Shown here one piece after another: positions 45,762 through 55,444 of a stretch of DNA of 64,000 nt. A model generated the notes under the pieces. That model had not been told where the DNA came from, did not search any database, and saw nothing but the letters and a program-made list of their open reading frames with translations. The stretch's first letter is position 1; every line of letters starts with the position of its first letter. Source of the stretch: Polyangiaceae bacterium (GTDB lineage Bacteria; Myxococcota_A; Polyangia; Polyangiales; Polyangiaceae); the NCBI GenBank assembly GCA_044376115.1, contig JBILLK010000014.1, positions 160,001-224,000 on the forward strand. Direction: 5' to 3'. A program made the translations under genes and the position numbers.

Positions 45762-47000
45762 TCAAAAGACATGAACGAAGAGCCCGCTTCGCAACTTGGG
45801 CTCAAACCAGGTGCTCTTCGGCGGCATCAACAAACCAGCATCGCTCACCGCCATCAGCTCGAGCATCTGCGTGGGGTAGAGGTGAATGGCGATCGACATT
45901 TCGCCCGAATCAACGCGGCGCTCGAGCTCCTGCTGACCGCGGATTCCACCGACGAAGTCCACGTGCTTGTCACGGCGCGGATCTTTCACGTCGAACACCG
46001 GGCCCAGCAGTTGGTCCTGACAAATCGAGCAGTCGAGCCCAGCGACTGGATCGCTCGCATCGAAACTCCCTGCGCGCACCGAGGCTTCGTACCAAGCCCC
46101 ACCGGCGTAGACGCCGAACTTCTTCGGCCCCGAGGGCATCGCTTCATTGCCCTTCTCCCGACCCAACTCGGAAGTCGCCACGATATCGAAGCGCTTCCGC
46201 AGTTCTTCGAGCAGCGCAGCCGCGCTCCTTCCCTGCGGATCGCGAACCACGCGGTTGTACGCCATGATGTTCATCTGATTGTGGGGGAAGATCACGGCGA
46301 GAAAGAAGCCGTGCTCCCCTCCGTCCCCGCGCCGCAACTTGTGCACGCGTGCGGCGGCTGCAGAGCGATGATGCCCGTCCGCGACGTACAGCGCAGGCAC
46401 CGCAGCGAAGCGAGCCGCCAACTGCTGGCTGAGCTCCGTGTCAGCGGCCCACACGCGATGGGCCACGCCGTCTTGCGTGGTGAAATCGAAGGCGGGTTCG
46501 CCTTGCGTGATGCCTTTCACCACAGCATCGATCTCGGGTTCCGCCCGATAGGTCAGGAAAACCGGCTCGTCGTGGGCCGAGAGCACGTCGATGTGCTTGG
46601 TTCGGTCATCCTCTTTGTCGGCTCGCGTCTTCTCGTGCTTCTTGATGATGTCGGCTTCGTAGTCCGCGACCGATGCGCAAGCGACGAGCCCGACCTGATG
46701 ATGGCTGCCCATCGTTTGGGCGTACACGTACAGGCGCGGAGCTGCGTCTTGCCGCAAAGTGCCTTCAGCGATGAACGCCTCGAGGTTCTCACGGCCTTTG
46801 ATGTAGACGGCCTCGTCGTGCTCATCCACGCCGGCGGGCAGGTCGATCTCGGGCCGAGCGACGTGAAGAAAGCTGTACGGGTTTCCCTCGGCGAGTGCAG
46901 CCGCCTCAGCGGAAGACACGACGTCGTAGGGAGGGCTGGCTACGCGCACGGCGAGTTCAGGACGCGGTCGGTATGCAGCAAAAGGCCGAATATCTGCCAT
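45762..47000 (-). CDS. DUF1015 family protein
   Basis: I.PF.A.RP, SPPYDV, IKKHE.TR..KE.DR, YVADGHHR.AAA, MPPKSTWFEPKLRSGL. Confidence 0.9.
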   Translation of the reverse strand: MADIRPFAAYRPRPELAVRVASPPYDVVSSAEAAALAEGNPYSFLHVARPEIDLPAGVDEHDEAVYIKGRENLEAFIAEGTLRQDAAPRLYVYAQTMGSHHQVGLVACASVADYEADIIKKHEKTRADKEDDRTKHIDVLSAHDEPVFLTYRAEPEIDAVVKGITQGEPAFDFTTQDGVAHRVWAADTELSQQLAARFAAVPALYVADGHHRSAAAARVHKLRRGDGGEHGFFLAVIFPHNQMNIMAYNRVVRDPQGRSAAALLEELRKRFDIVATSELGREKGNEAMPSGPKKFGVYAGGAWYEASVRAGSFDASDPVAGLDCSICQDQLLGPVFDVKDPRRDKHVDFVGGIRGQQELERRVDSGEMSIAIHLYPTQMLELMAVSDAGLLMPPKSTWFEPKLRSGLFVHVF

Positions 47001-47070
47001 GGTGGTTCTCGAAGGGTGTGGTCGAAGAGCGTTCGCTTATGCCTCAGCACAGCGCCAGCGTCGAGGATCG

Positions 47071-48729
47071 ATGACCGGGCCGTCGGGCCGTGAGTATAGT
47101 GCCCCGGTGACGGACGATGACGACGACGACGAGTTGGCCCCCAGCCTGCTGCCTGCGCCACCAACGCTGCCGCCACTGAAGACCCTGCGCGGCAAGCGTC
47201 TCATCGTCGTCGGGGGCGGGCGGGGCGGCGTCGGCAAGTCGACGCTGACGCTGAACCTGGGCGTCTACTTCGCGCAGCTCGGGCGGAGCGTCGTCGTTTG
47301 TGACGCGGACAGCGGCTTCGCCAACCTCCACGCGATGGTCGGCCTCACCGCGGCACCGCTGATCTCCTTCGACCCGGACGATGCGGCGCCGATCAAGCCG
47401 GTCACCACCTTGGTGCCGGGGCTTCAGCTCTTACCGTCGCCTTTCGATCTCTTGGCGATGGCTCCAGTCAAGCCAACGCGATCGCTCTCTTGGCAGAAGG
47501 TCTTCTCGCAGATCGAGGCGGACTACGTGCTGATCCACATCGGGTCGAACATGTCGCTGGTCGGTCTCGACTTGTTCACGATGGCCGATGTGGCGATCGC
47601 AGTGACGGCACCTGAACCGATCGCGATCGAGACGACGTACGGCTTTCTGCGCGCGCTGTTTGCGAGGGCGTTGCGCCGTCGCTTGATGAAGGAGCGGCTC
47701 AAGCTCAAGCTGGTTGAACGCGCGATCGAAGCACTGCCGCCGATGGCGACGCCGATCGACATCGTGGAGGCCATTCATCGTTACGATCACGCGCTCGGTA
47801 ATACGGCCTCGCGTGAGCTTGCGCGGCTCGCCCCGCGCCTCGTCGTCGGTCACACGCGGCTGCGCTCCGACTTGGAGCTTGGTCCAGCCATGAGCGCGAT
47901 CAGCGGGCGCTTCCTCGGGGTCGACATCGACTACGTCGGCCACGTCGAGTACGACGACGCTGCCTGGCTCTCGGTGCGCAAGCGGGTGCCGCTCTTGATC
48001 GAGAGTCCAACCTCGAAGAGCGCCCGAAACATCGAGCGCATCGCGCGCCGAATCCTGGCCATCATCATGTCCGGTGACGCGCCCCGCGAGGCCAAGCCGG
48101 ACACCTCGATCTCTCGCGACTTCGCGGGCGAGTACCGTCGACCCGGGCCGAAGAACCTCTATGAAGTACTGGGCGTCGCGCGCACGGCGGCCGACGACGA
48201 GATCCGCAGGGCCTACAAGCGTCAACGCGAAGTGTTCCGCGATGGCAGCTTTCCGGTGGTCTCGATCGTTACGGAGAAAGCGCTGCGCGACGAGCAGGCT
48301 CGCATCGAAGAGGCCTACGACACGCTGCTCGATCCCAATCGACGTCGCAGCTACGACCTGTCGACCTTCCCACTCGAGCAGCCCGAGGGGACCGCACCGC
48401 CCAAGACGATCGACCCGCGCCGAGCGGATGAACTGTTGCAGCTAGCGCACGAAGTATCGCGTGAAGTCCACGCAGAGACGGAGTGGTCGGGGGCGCTGTT
48501 GCGCAAGGTGCGCGAAGTGCAAAACGTTGAGTTGGTCGAGATTGCGCAGCGAACGAAGATTTCTTCGATGCACCTTTCAGCGATCGAAGAAGAGCGCACC
48601 GGGGATCTACCCGCGCTGGTTTACGTTCAAGGGTTTCTGCAGGAGTACGCGAAGTTCCTCAAGCTTGATCCAACCCAAGTGGCGCGGACGTACTTGCGCC
48701 GCGTTCGCGAGCGCGCCACGCGCGAATAG
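47071..48729 (+). CDS. FlhG/MinD-like P-loop domain + J-like domain + RodZ-type HTH fusion; start uncertain
   Basis: GGRGGVGKS, DAD..FANL, PEP..IE..YGF; NLYEVLGV..EIRRAY..EAYDTL.DP.RR.SYD; G.LLR..RE..IA.RTKI...L.AIEE..YV.GFL.EYA..L.LD. Confidence 0.82.
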   Translation: MTGPSGREYSAPVTDDDDDDELAPSLLPAPPTLPPLKTLRGKRLIVVGGGRGGVGKSTLTLNLGVYFAQLGRSVVVCDADSGFANLHAMVGLTAAPLISFDPDDAAPIKPVTTLVPGLQLLPSPFDLLAMAPVKPTRSLSWQKVFSQIEADYVLIHIGSNMSLVGLDLFTMADVAIAVTAPEPIAIETTYGFLRALFARALRRRLMKERLKLKLVERAIEALPPMATPIDIVEAIHRYDHALGNTASRELARLAPRLVVGHTRLRSDLELGPAMSAISGRFLGVDIDYVGHVEYDDAAWLSVRKRVPLLIESPTSKSARNIERIARRILAIIMSGDAPREAKPDTSISRDFAGEYRRPGPKNLYEVLGVARTAADDEIRRAYKRQREVFRDGSFPVVSIVTEKALRDEQARIEEAYDTLLDPNRRRSYDLSTFPLEQPEGTAPPKTIDPRRADELLQLAHEVSREVHAETEWSGALLRKVREVQNVELVEIAQRTKISSMHLSAIEEERTGDLPALVYVQGFLQEYAKFLKLDPTQVARTYLRRVRERATRE

Positions 48730-48769
48730 GGCTGTAGAAGCGAGCGGGCGGCGCGTAATCTGACGGGCG

Positions 48770-49783
48770 ATGCGCCTGTGTCGGTTGCTTGCTCCTTGCC
48801 TCGTGTGGTTCTTGTGTTCGCTGCACGAGCAGGAAGCGGCTGCTTTTCCGTACACCGCGGAGCCTGGGGATACCCTCGCCTCGCTCTCTGAGCGCTTCTA
48901 CGGCAAGGTCGAGTTGGAGAAGGTGATCGTCGCGGCCAACGGCTTCGAGAATCAGGTGCCGTTGCTGCCCGGCATGCGCATCGAGGTTCCCGCCGTCAGC
49001 TTCGTTCGCGCTGAGAAGACCGATTCCTGGGCTGGTTTGGCGGAGTCGCTGCTGGGCAACCCGGCGCGTGCGGAGGCGCTCGCGCTGTCAAACGACACGA
49101 TGCCGTGGATTCCGCCCAAGCCCGGCCAGGAGATCGTCGTCCCCTACCCGCTTCGCTACGTCGCAGCTCGAGGGGATAGCACCGCCAGCATCGCCTACCG
49201 CTTCCTCGGCAAGCGGGACCATTCGTACGTGATCGATCGCTTCAATGATTTGCGTGGAGCGACGCTCGAACCAGGGGACGTCGTGCTTGTTCCGGTCACC
49301 GACTTGGCGCTGACCGATGAAGGTCGCGAGGCGGCCCTCGACGCGGTGGAGCGTGTACTCGGCGAGACGCGCGGGGAAGGCCGCGACCACGAGGAGCGAG
49401 CTGTGCGTGAACTGCCGCGCCTGAAGCTCGCGGTGCGACAGGGGCAATACGTAGAGGCCGTCGCTCTGGCGAACCAGCTCGGCTTCACCGAAGACATGTC
49501 CGACGAAGTCACAGCCTCGGTGCTGTTTGAGTTGGTCAAGGCGTACGTCGCACTCGGAGAGAACTCGCTCGCAAGTGAGACCTGCGTAGAGTGGCGAAGA
49601 CGAGCTATCGAGGTCGTGCTGGATCCAATCTGGGTGAGTCCCAAAGTTCTGTCCGCCTGCGCAAACTCGCCGGCGCCCAAGCCTGAAACTTCGGCGTCTG
49701 CTGCTGCCTCCGCAAAGGCCTCCGAACTCGCCAGATCCAAACCGAACACACCTCCTCCCGCTCCGCGAGACGCAACGCCGTGA
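48770..49783 (+). CDS. Secreted multi-LysM domain protein
   Basis: Signal peptide AAA-F; three LysM-like repeats (PGDTLASLSERFYG, DSWAGLAE, RGDSTASIAYRFLG); TPR-like C-terminus. Confidence 0.8.
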   Translation: MRLCRLLAPCLVWFLCSLHEQEAAAFPYTAEPGDTLASLSERFYGKVELEKVIVAANGFENQVPLLPGMRIEVPAVSFVRAEKTDSWAGLAESLLGNPARAEALALSNDTMPWIPPKPGQEIVVPYPLRYVAARGDSTASIAYRFLGKRDHSYVIDRFNDLRGATLEPGDVVLVPVTDLALTDEGREAALDAVERVLGETRGEGRDHEERAVRELPRLKLAVRQGQYVEAVALANQLGFTEDMSDEVTASVLFELVKAYVALGENSLASETCVEWRRRAIEVVLDPIWVSPKVLSACANSPAPKPETSASAAASAKASELARSKPNTPPPAPRDATP

Positions 49784-50940
49784 GCCTCGCTTCCTTGCCT
49801 GCAGATCCGTTGCAACTCGGCGCGTTGGTTGCTTCGCGCTACGAGCTCAAGGCCGTACTTGGGCGGGGGGCTTCTGGCGTGGTGTACAGCGCCGTCGATG
49901 GCGACAGCGGCGTGGAAGTTGCGCTCAAGGTGATCCATCGCGAGCACTGTCACACTCGACAGATCTTTGCGCGCTACAAGCGCGAGGCGGCGATCCTTCG
50001 GCAGATCGGCGGCGAGCACATCGTTCGCTTCTTGGACTTCATCGAACACGACGGCCTGCTCGTGATCGTGCTCGAACTCGTGCGTGGAGTGTCTCTCGAG
50101 CATCGTCTTCAACAAGGTCCCATCGAGATTGAAGCGGCGCTCGAGATCGCCACGCAGATATGTATTGGGCTCGAGACCGCGCATCAGGCAGGCGTCGTTC
50201 ACCGGGATCTGAAGCCTGGAAACGTGATGGTCGAGACCGCTGCCAACGGCATGGAGACAGCGAGGATCCTCGACTTTGGTCTCGCGAAGGTCGTCCATGG
50301 AGGGCACCTCAACACCGGCCTCACCGAGCGCGACATGATCTTTGGTACGCCCGAATACATGGCTCCCGAACAAGCCCGCGGGGACGACGCCGACGTGCGC
50401 AGCGATGTGTATGCGTGCGGCGTCATCCTCTACGAAATGCTCACGGGGAGCGTTCCCTTTCGCGGCAAGACGCCACTCGCGACCATGACCGCGGTGCTCA
50501 GCCAACCGCTCGATCCACCGCGCTCACGCGCAAAGGATCGAGCCATTCCGTCGGTTTTGGAGACGGTGCTGTTGCGCTGTTTGGAGAAGTCGTCGGAGGA
50601 TCGCTACACCTCGGTGCGGGAGCTGCGCGCTGCGATCGAGGCGGCCAGCGAGCGACGCGTGATCAGTCTGCAGCCCACGCCGCGCAGCGATCTTCACGAT
50701 AGCGACACCGAGCTGAGCCTGCGCCGTTCGCAGATCCGCAGCGCGACGGAGGCGCTGCGCGCAGCCGAAGCCCTCGCCGAGGCCAAGGCTCGGCTGGCAG
50801 AGGGGGACCGACCAACCGAACTTGCACCCCCACCGACGCCCGCGGGAGCGCCGAACCATTTGGAGCAGCGCTGGAAGTTCGTGGCGGCGGCAGCCATCGT
50901 TACCTGCATCGTGCTCGGCGTGCTGCTGGCCCTCAAGTAG
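49780..50940 (+). CDS. Hanks-type Ser/Thr protein kinase, C-terminal membrane anchor
   Basis: LGRGASG.VY, VALK, HRDLKPGN, DFG, GTPEYMAPE; GTGA overlap with the LysM gene. Confidence 0.94.
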   Translation: MSLASLPADPLQLGALVASRYELKAVLGRGASGVVYSAVDGDSGVEVALKVIHREHCHTRQIFARYKREAAILRQIGGEHIVRFLDFIEHDGLLVIVLELVRGVSLEHRLQQGPIEIEAALEIATQICIGLETAHQAGVVHRDLKPGNVMVETAANGMETARILDFGLAKVVHGGHLNTGLTERDMIFGTPEYMAPEQARGDDADVRSDVYACGVILYEMLTGSVPFRGKTPLATMTAVLSQPLDPPRSRAKDRAIPSVLETVLLRCLEKSSEDRYTSVRELRAAIEAASERRVISLQPTPRSDLHDSDTELSLRRSQIRSATEALRAAEALAEAKARLAEGDRPTELAPPPTPAGAPNHLEQRWKFVAAAAIVTCIVLGVLLALK

Positions 50941-51814
50941 CCGTGCGCTCCCGCGCGGCGCTTACGAACAGCGCGGCGAACAGCAGGAGCGCAAGGAAGC
51001 CGACCACGCGCCTAGCCGAACTCCGCGGTAGCACCCGCGGCGGCTCCGGAACGGCGGGTAGTGCACGCACCCAACGCTCTTCTCCGAACAGGCTCCCGTC
51101 AGGGTCTCTCACCACGGTGCGACCCGCGCGAATCGCGTCGAGCACGCCCTCGCGCGTTAGGCTCTCGACGAACAGATACGTGCGTGGCTCCCCGAAATCA
51201 GGGCCAAAATGAAAGTCGGAGTTCCCCAGCGACGGTGGGTTTCCACAACGTCGCTGAAACTCGACCACGTCGCTCCACGCTCCCCACGCCTGCGGCTCAC
51301 GGAAGGCCAACGGGTGGAGGCGCTCGACCGCATCGAGCTGGGCACAGGCTGGTTCGAGCGCCGGCCAATACAGCTTCACTGGGTGAGCCGCTGCGATCAC
51401 ACCGCCCTGAGCATGAACCGCATCCGCGACCGCATGCACAGACTGGCGCGGATCGACCGTCTCTTCGATGCCCAACGCGAGCAAATGAGCATCCCGCGAA
51501 GTGACCTCCTCACCGACGAGCACCAGCACGCGCGAGCTTTTGAGTTCGGCAAAGAGGCGGGCCAGCTTGGCTGGAAAGGTGACGTTGTGCTCGGTGACGG
51601 CGACCACATCGAGTTGACGGTCCTCGGCCAGCAACACCACGTCAGCCGGGGATACGATGCCGTCCGAAAAGCGCGTATGCACGTGAAAGTCCCCCTCCAC
51701 GAGCAACAGCCCATCGTGCTTCGTCGCTTGACGGGACGGGCGCTCTCGCGACCAGGAGAGGTACCCAAGGAGCACCAGCAAGAGCACCCAAGCAAGTCCG
51801 CGGGCTCGGCTCAT
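50933..51814 (-). CDS. Membrane-anchored PHP-domain metallohydrolase
   Basis: DFHVHT.FSDG, VTEHN, GEEVT..H, AHP, GNSDFH; TM helices at both ends. Confidence 0.85.
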   Translation of the reverse strand: MSRARGLAWVLLLVLLGYLSWSRERPSRQATKHDGLLLVEGDFHVHTRFSDGIVSPADVVLLAEDRQLDVVAVTEHNVTFPAKLARLFAELKSSRVLVLVGEEVTSRDAHLLALGIEETVDPRQSVHAVADAVHAQGGVIAAAHPVKLYWPALEPACAQLDAVERLHPLAFREPQAWGAWSDVVEFQRRCGNPPSLGNSDFHFGPDFGEPRTYLFVESLTREGVLDAIRAGRTVVRDPDGSLFGEERWVRALPAVPEPPRVLPRSSARRVVGFLALLLFAALFVSAARERTAT

Positions 51815-52391
51815 GAGCGAATTCCCAACGCCTGTGGCAGGAGGTTGTTCATCAGCCCGTACCAGCCAAGCAGCAGCACCAGCCGCAAGACCCACTCGGC
51901 AAGCAGAACGCCCAACGCTCGAGCCGCGGTCAGCTTCAACACCTCACGCACAAACGCCCAGGCGATGAAGCCGCCGTAAAGCTGCCCCAACATGGCGAGC
52001 CCAACGATCGGACCATAGCGCAGTAGCGGCCCGTGCAGTTCGAAGCACGAGAGCACCGCAATCAGCATCGCGCTCACGACGTGCGGCCCGTTGCCAGCGA
52101 AGCTGAGGTCACACAGCGCAGCGAGATCGCGCCGGCGCAGCGCCAAGCCCACGACGCAGGTCGACGCGAGCTGAATGATCGGCACGAACGCCCAGGCCGC
52201 TCCCGATAGCAGGACGTGTTCGAGTCGAGGTTCTCGCGTCACCGAACACGACACAGCGAGCCCGATCGCGAGCAAGAAGAAGAGCGCGCGGCGAGCCGCC
52301 GAACGCCAAGGATGCCTACGCGGCTCACTCGCCAAAACGCGATAACCAACTCGCGGCCCGAGGAGGAGCACGACCTCTTCGGACCGTTGCA
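51811..52391 (-). CDS. Multi-TM membrane protein (hypothetical); start uncertain
   Basis: About five hydrophobic helices; ATGA overlap with the PHP gene. Confidence 0.6.
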
Positions 52392-52451
52392 CGGCTCCAT
52401 TCAAGCGAAGCTTGGAGAAGCTAGCAATCGACGATTGCTTGGCGGCGCTCC

Positions 52452-53408
52452 GTGCTAGAGAAAGCCGTGGCATCAAGGAAGGGGCCGTTCGATCCCTACG
52501 CCGTCGACTGGGGCAGCATTCTGCCGCTTCGATTGCGGGCAGCGACCATCGCTGAGGGCCTCTACGCCGGTATGCACCGCAGCGTGTTGAAGGGCAGCGG
52601 CGTCGAGTTTGCCGGGCAGCGCCCGTACGTCCGCGGGGATGATCTGCGCTTCGTCGACAAGCGGGCCCTGCTTCGCCACGACAAGCTGATGCTCCGCGAG
52701 TTCGAGACGGAGACCGACAGAGCCTTGTGGCTCGTGGTCGACGCCACGCTGTCGATGAGCTTTCGCGGCGGCGGTCCTGCGTCGAAGTACCCGTTTGCGG
52801 CGCTACTTGCGGCGGTGCTGTGCCGCGTCGCTTTGCAAGGTGGAGATCCAGTCGGTCTACTGATCGTAGGCGGCAAGACGCCGAGCTTGCTCCAAGCCTC
52901 CGGGGCTCGTGAGATGTTTCATCGCGTCAGTGACGCACTTTCACAGCTGACGCCCGCCGGAGATTGGTCGGAGCGCGACGGAGACTTCGAGCACGCGTTG
53001 GCACCGCTCCATGAGAAGGCGCGTCGAGGCTCGACCATCGTGCTGCTCAGTGACCTCGTAGACTTGCCTGAAAAAGGCTTGCAGCGCGTGACGGAGCTAG
53101 CGACGAGAAACCGCCGGGTTCACGTCGTGCGCGTGCTCTCGCCGGAAGAAGCGACGTTGCCCTTCAAAGAACAGGCGCGTTGGACGAGCTTGGAGGGCAA
53201 CTTCGTCGTCGAGGCCAACCCGATCGCAGCACGGGAGCTCTATCTCAAGGAGCTCGCTGCACTCGAGACGCGTTGGCGTGATTCGCTTGCACGCACCGGA
53301 GGATCCATTACGCGCGCGCTCACGAGCGAGGAGCCAGCTCAGGTGGTCGTCCAGCTGCTGCACCGAATTCGCGGTCTCAGTGAAGCCGCTGGGGAGAGGA
53401 CGCCATGA
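52452..53408 (+). CDS. DUF58 (MoxR-associated vWA-like) protein
   Basis: G.HRS..KGSG.EF...RPY..GDDLR.VD, REFE.E, VDA..SM, LLSD. Confidence 0.9.
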   Translation: MLEKAVASRKGPFDPYAVDWGSILPLRLRAATIAEGLYAGMHRSVLKGSGVEFAGQRPYVRGDDLRFVDKRALLRHDKLMLREFETETDRALWLVVDATLSMSFRGGGPASKYPFAALLAAVLCRVALQGGDPVGLLIVGGKTPSLLQASGAREMFHRVSDALSQLTPAGDWSERDGDFEHALAPLHEKARRGSTIVLLSDLVDLPEKGLQRVTELATRNRRVHVVRVLSPEEATLPFKEQARWTSLEGNFVVEANPIAARELYLKELAALETRWRDSLARTGGSITRALTSEEPAQVVVQLLHRIRGLSEAAGERTP

Positions 53409-55381
53409 GCTTTCTTACGTCCTTTGCCCTGTTCGCGATCGTACTAGCGGCGGTACCACTGTTTGCACATTTGCTCCGTCGTCAGCGCGCGCGAGAGATC
53501 GTGTTGCCGACGGCCAAGCTGCTCGCAGCCAGCCTGCCCGAGGCTCGCAAACGCAGCGCACTCGAGGACAGGTTGCTCTTGTCGCTACGGGTGCTCGCGA
53601 TCGCGGCGCTGGTGATGCTCGGCGCAACGCCCTTCGTTCACTGCTCCCACCTGGCGCTCAATCGCAAAGACGGTGCTTCGATTGCGCTCGTATTCGTGAT
53701 CGATGATTCGCTTTCGATGCGCGCCCCTTTGCCAGGTGGTGAGACGCGCTTGGAAGCGGCTCGCAAGGCCGCGCTGGAGCTGGTGGAGGCCGGCGCAGAG
53801 GGAGACTCGTACGCGATTGTGCTGGCTGGCCGGCCGGTGCGAGTCGAGCTTGCGCCCACGCTCGACAAGGCCAGCGCCGCCACTGCGCTCGCGGCGCTCG
53901 AGCCGTCCGACCGCGCGACAGACCTCAGCTTCGCGCTCGAATCGGCGCGCGCCCTGCTCGAGCGGCAGCCGCAAGCGGACAAGCGCATCGTGTTGCTATC
54001 GGACCTCGCCGATGCGTCAGGTGAAGGGCAGCTCGCAAGCGAGGGCGCGGTACTTTGGTACCCCGCCCCGGAGCTTCGTGCGAATGAAGCAAGCTACGAC
54101 TGCGCAGTCATTTCGGCCGAGCAGCATGGGGCAGCGGTCGAAGTGAACGCACGCTGCGTTGGGAGTTCGGAGCAGTCGCGTGAAGTCGTGCTTCACGAAG
54201 CGGGCAAGCCTGACGCCGTGGTCGCCCGAGCACCGCTACCGAAAGACGCAGCCACGGTCACGTTGAAGCTCGCATCCAACCAAAGCCCAACCGAGCTCGA
54301 CGTCCGACTCGTTCCCGCCGACACCATCGCGGCAGACGATGCAGCCCCGGTGTTGCTCGAGAACAACGAATTTCGGCTCGGGGTGATGGTTGATACCGAA
54401 GGCTCCAAGGTCGAGACGGGTGGGCCGTCGCCAGTGGAGCAGGCGCTCGCGGCGCTCGACTCAGGGGCCTCGATTCGCGCGCTGACCACCATCCCATCAC
54501 AAGAGGAACTGGCGAGCCTGAAGGGCTTGGTTCTCGACGATCCGGCTGGACTTGCCCCAGAGGATCGGGCCGCGTTGATCGAGTGGGTAGAAGCGGGCGG
54601 CTTCCTGCTGGTAACGCTGAGCCGCAACGCAGAGTCAGCATCGCTGGCCGCTACCTTTGGTGCGCTAGTCCCTGGCGTTTTGCGGCTGGACAGTGCGCCT
54701 CCGAAGGGAGCCGAGGTCTCCCGCTGCAGCGTGTTTGGAGAGAGCGCACAGAGCCTCGCCGAGTTGAGTCCTGTTTCTCGTGTCCGACTGGAACTGCCGC
54801 TCTATCGTGACGCGGAGACGCTATGTGAATGGAAGGACGGGGCGCCGCTGGTCCTGCGGCGGGCACTCGGGCGCGGAAGCGTGACGACGGTTACCACGAG
54901 CTTCCGCTTGGAGGACAGCGAGCTCCCTCTGCGGCCCGCGTTTCTTTCGTTGCTCGACGGCTTCGTCAGCGTTGCGAAGGAGAGCCACGGCCTAGGCGTG
55001 GTCACGGTGGGCCAGCCGCTCACCTTCAAAGCTCCCTCCGACGGCCCGGGGCAGCTCGTAACGACCGCCACCGGCAACAAGTCGCAGCTCCCTCGCTCGG
55101 CGGCCGGGAGTTCACTGCCAACGGCGCTCGTTGGGCGATACACCTTTGTCACGGCGGACAAATCAAGCCAAAGAATGGCGCTCATCCCCGAAGGGGAGAT
55201 CGATTTTCGTGTTCGTCCGGTAGTTGAGGGCGCAAACGACGCTGCGCTCGGCGGCCGCGCTCGGGATCGCGACGTTTCAGCCTTCGTCGCGTTTTTACTG
55301 CTGGCGCTGCTGCTTTTGGAGTCTGCCGTCCGCACCTTCACCCCACCAGCGAGCCAAGCCGACAAGACCGCAGTTGTGTGA
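53405..55381 (+). CDS. BatA N-terminal + vWA domain membrane protein
   Basis: PL.AHLL.R, LLL.LR.LAI; MIDAS DDSLSM, T, LLSD; C-terminal TM with LLLES. Confidence 0.85.
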   Translation: MSFLTSFALFAIVLAAVPLFAHLLRRQRAREIVLPTAKLLAASLPEARKRSALEDRLLLSLRVLAIAALVMLGATPFVHCSHLALNRKDGASIALVFVIDDSLSMRAPLPGGETRLEAARKAALELVEAGAEGDSYAIVLAGRPVRVELAPTLDKASAATALAALEPSDRATDLSFALESARALLERQPQADKRIVLLSDLADASGEGQLASEGAVLWYPAPELRANEASYDCAVISAEQHGAAVEVNARCVGSSEQSREVVLHEAGKPDAVVARAPLPKDAATVTLKLASNQSPTELDVRLVPADTIAADDAAPVLLENNEFRLGVMVDTEGSKVETGGPSPVEQALAALDSGASIRALTTIPSQEELASLKGLVLDDPAGLAPEDRAALIEWVEAGGFLLVTLSRNAESASLAATFGALVPGVLRLDSAPPKGAEVSRCSVFGESAQSLAELSPVSRVRLELPLYRDAETLCEWKDGAPLVLRRALGRGSVTTVTTSFRLEDSELPLRPAFLSLLDGFVSVAKESHGLGVVTVGQPLTFKAPSDGPGQLVTTATGNKSQLPRSAAGSSLPTALVGRYTFVTADKSSQRMALIPEGEIDFRVRPVVEGANDAALGGRARDRDVSAFVAFLLLALLLLESAVRTFTPPASQADKTAVV

Positions 55382-55444
55382 GCCCTCGGGCGACACTATA
55401 AGAACAGGAGGCGTGGACCATTCGTGGCCGCGACCCGGAGGAAA

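Noticed and set aside
45729..47093. 454-aa ORF antisense to the DUF1015 gene
   Set aside because: Mirror ORF with no motifs.
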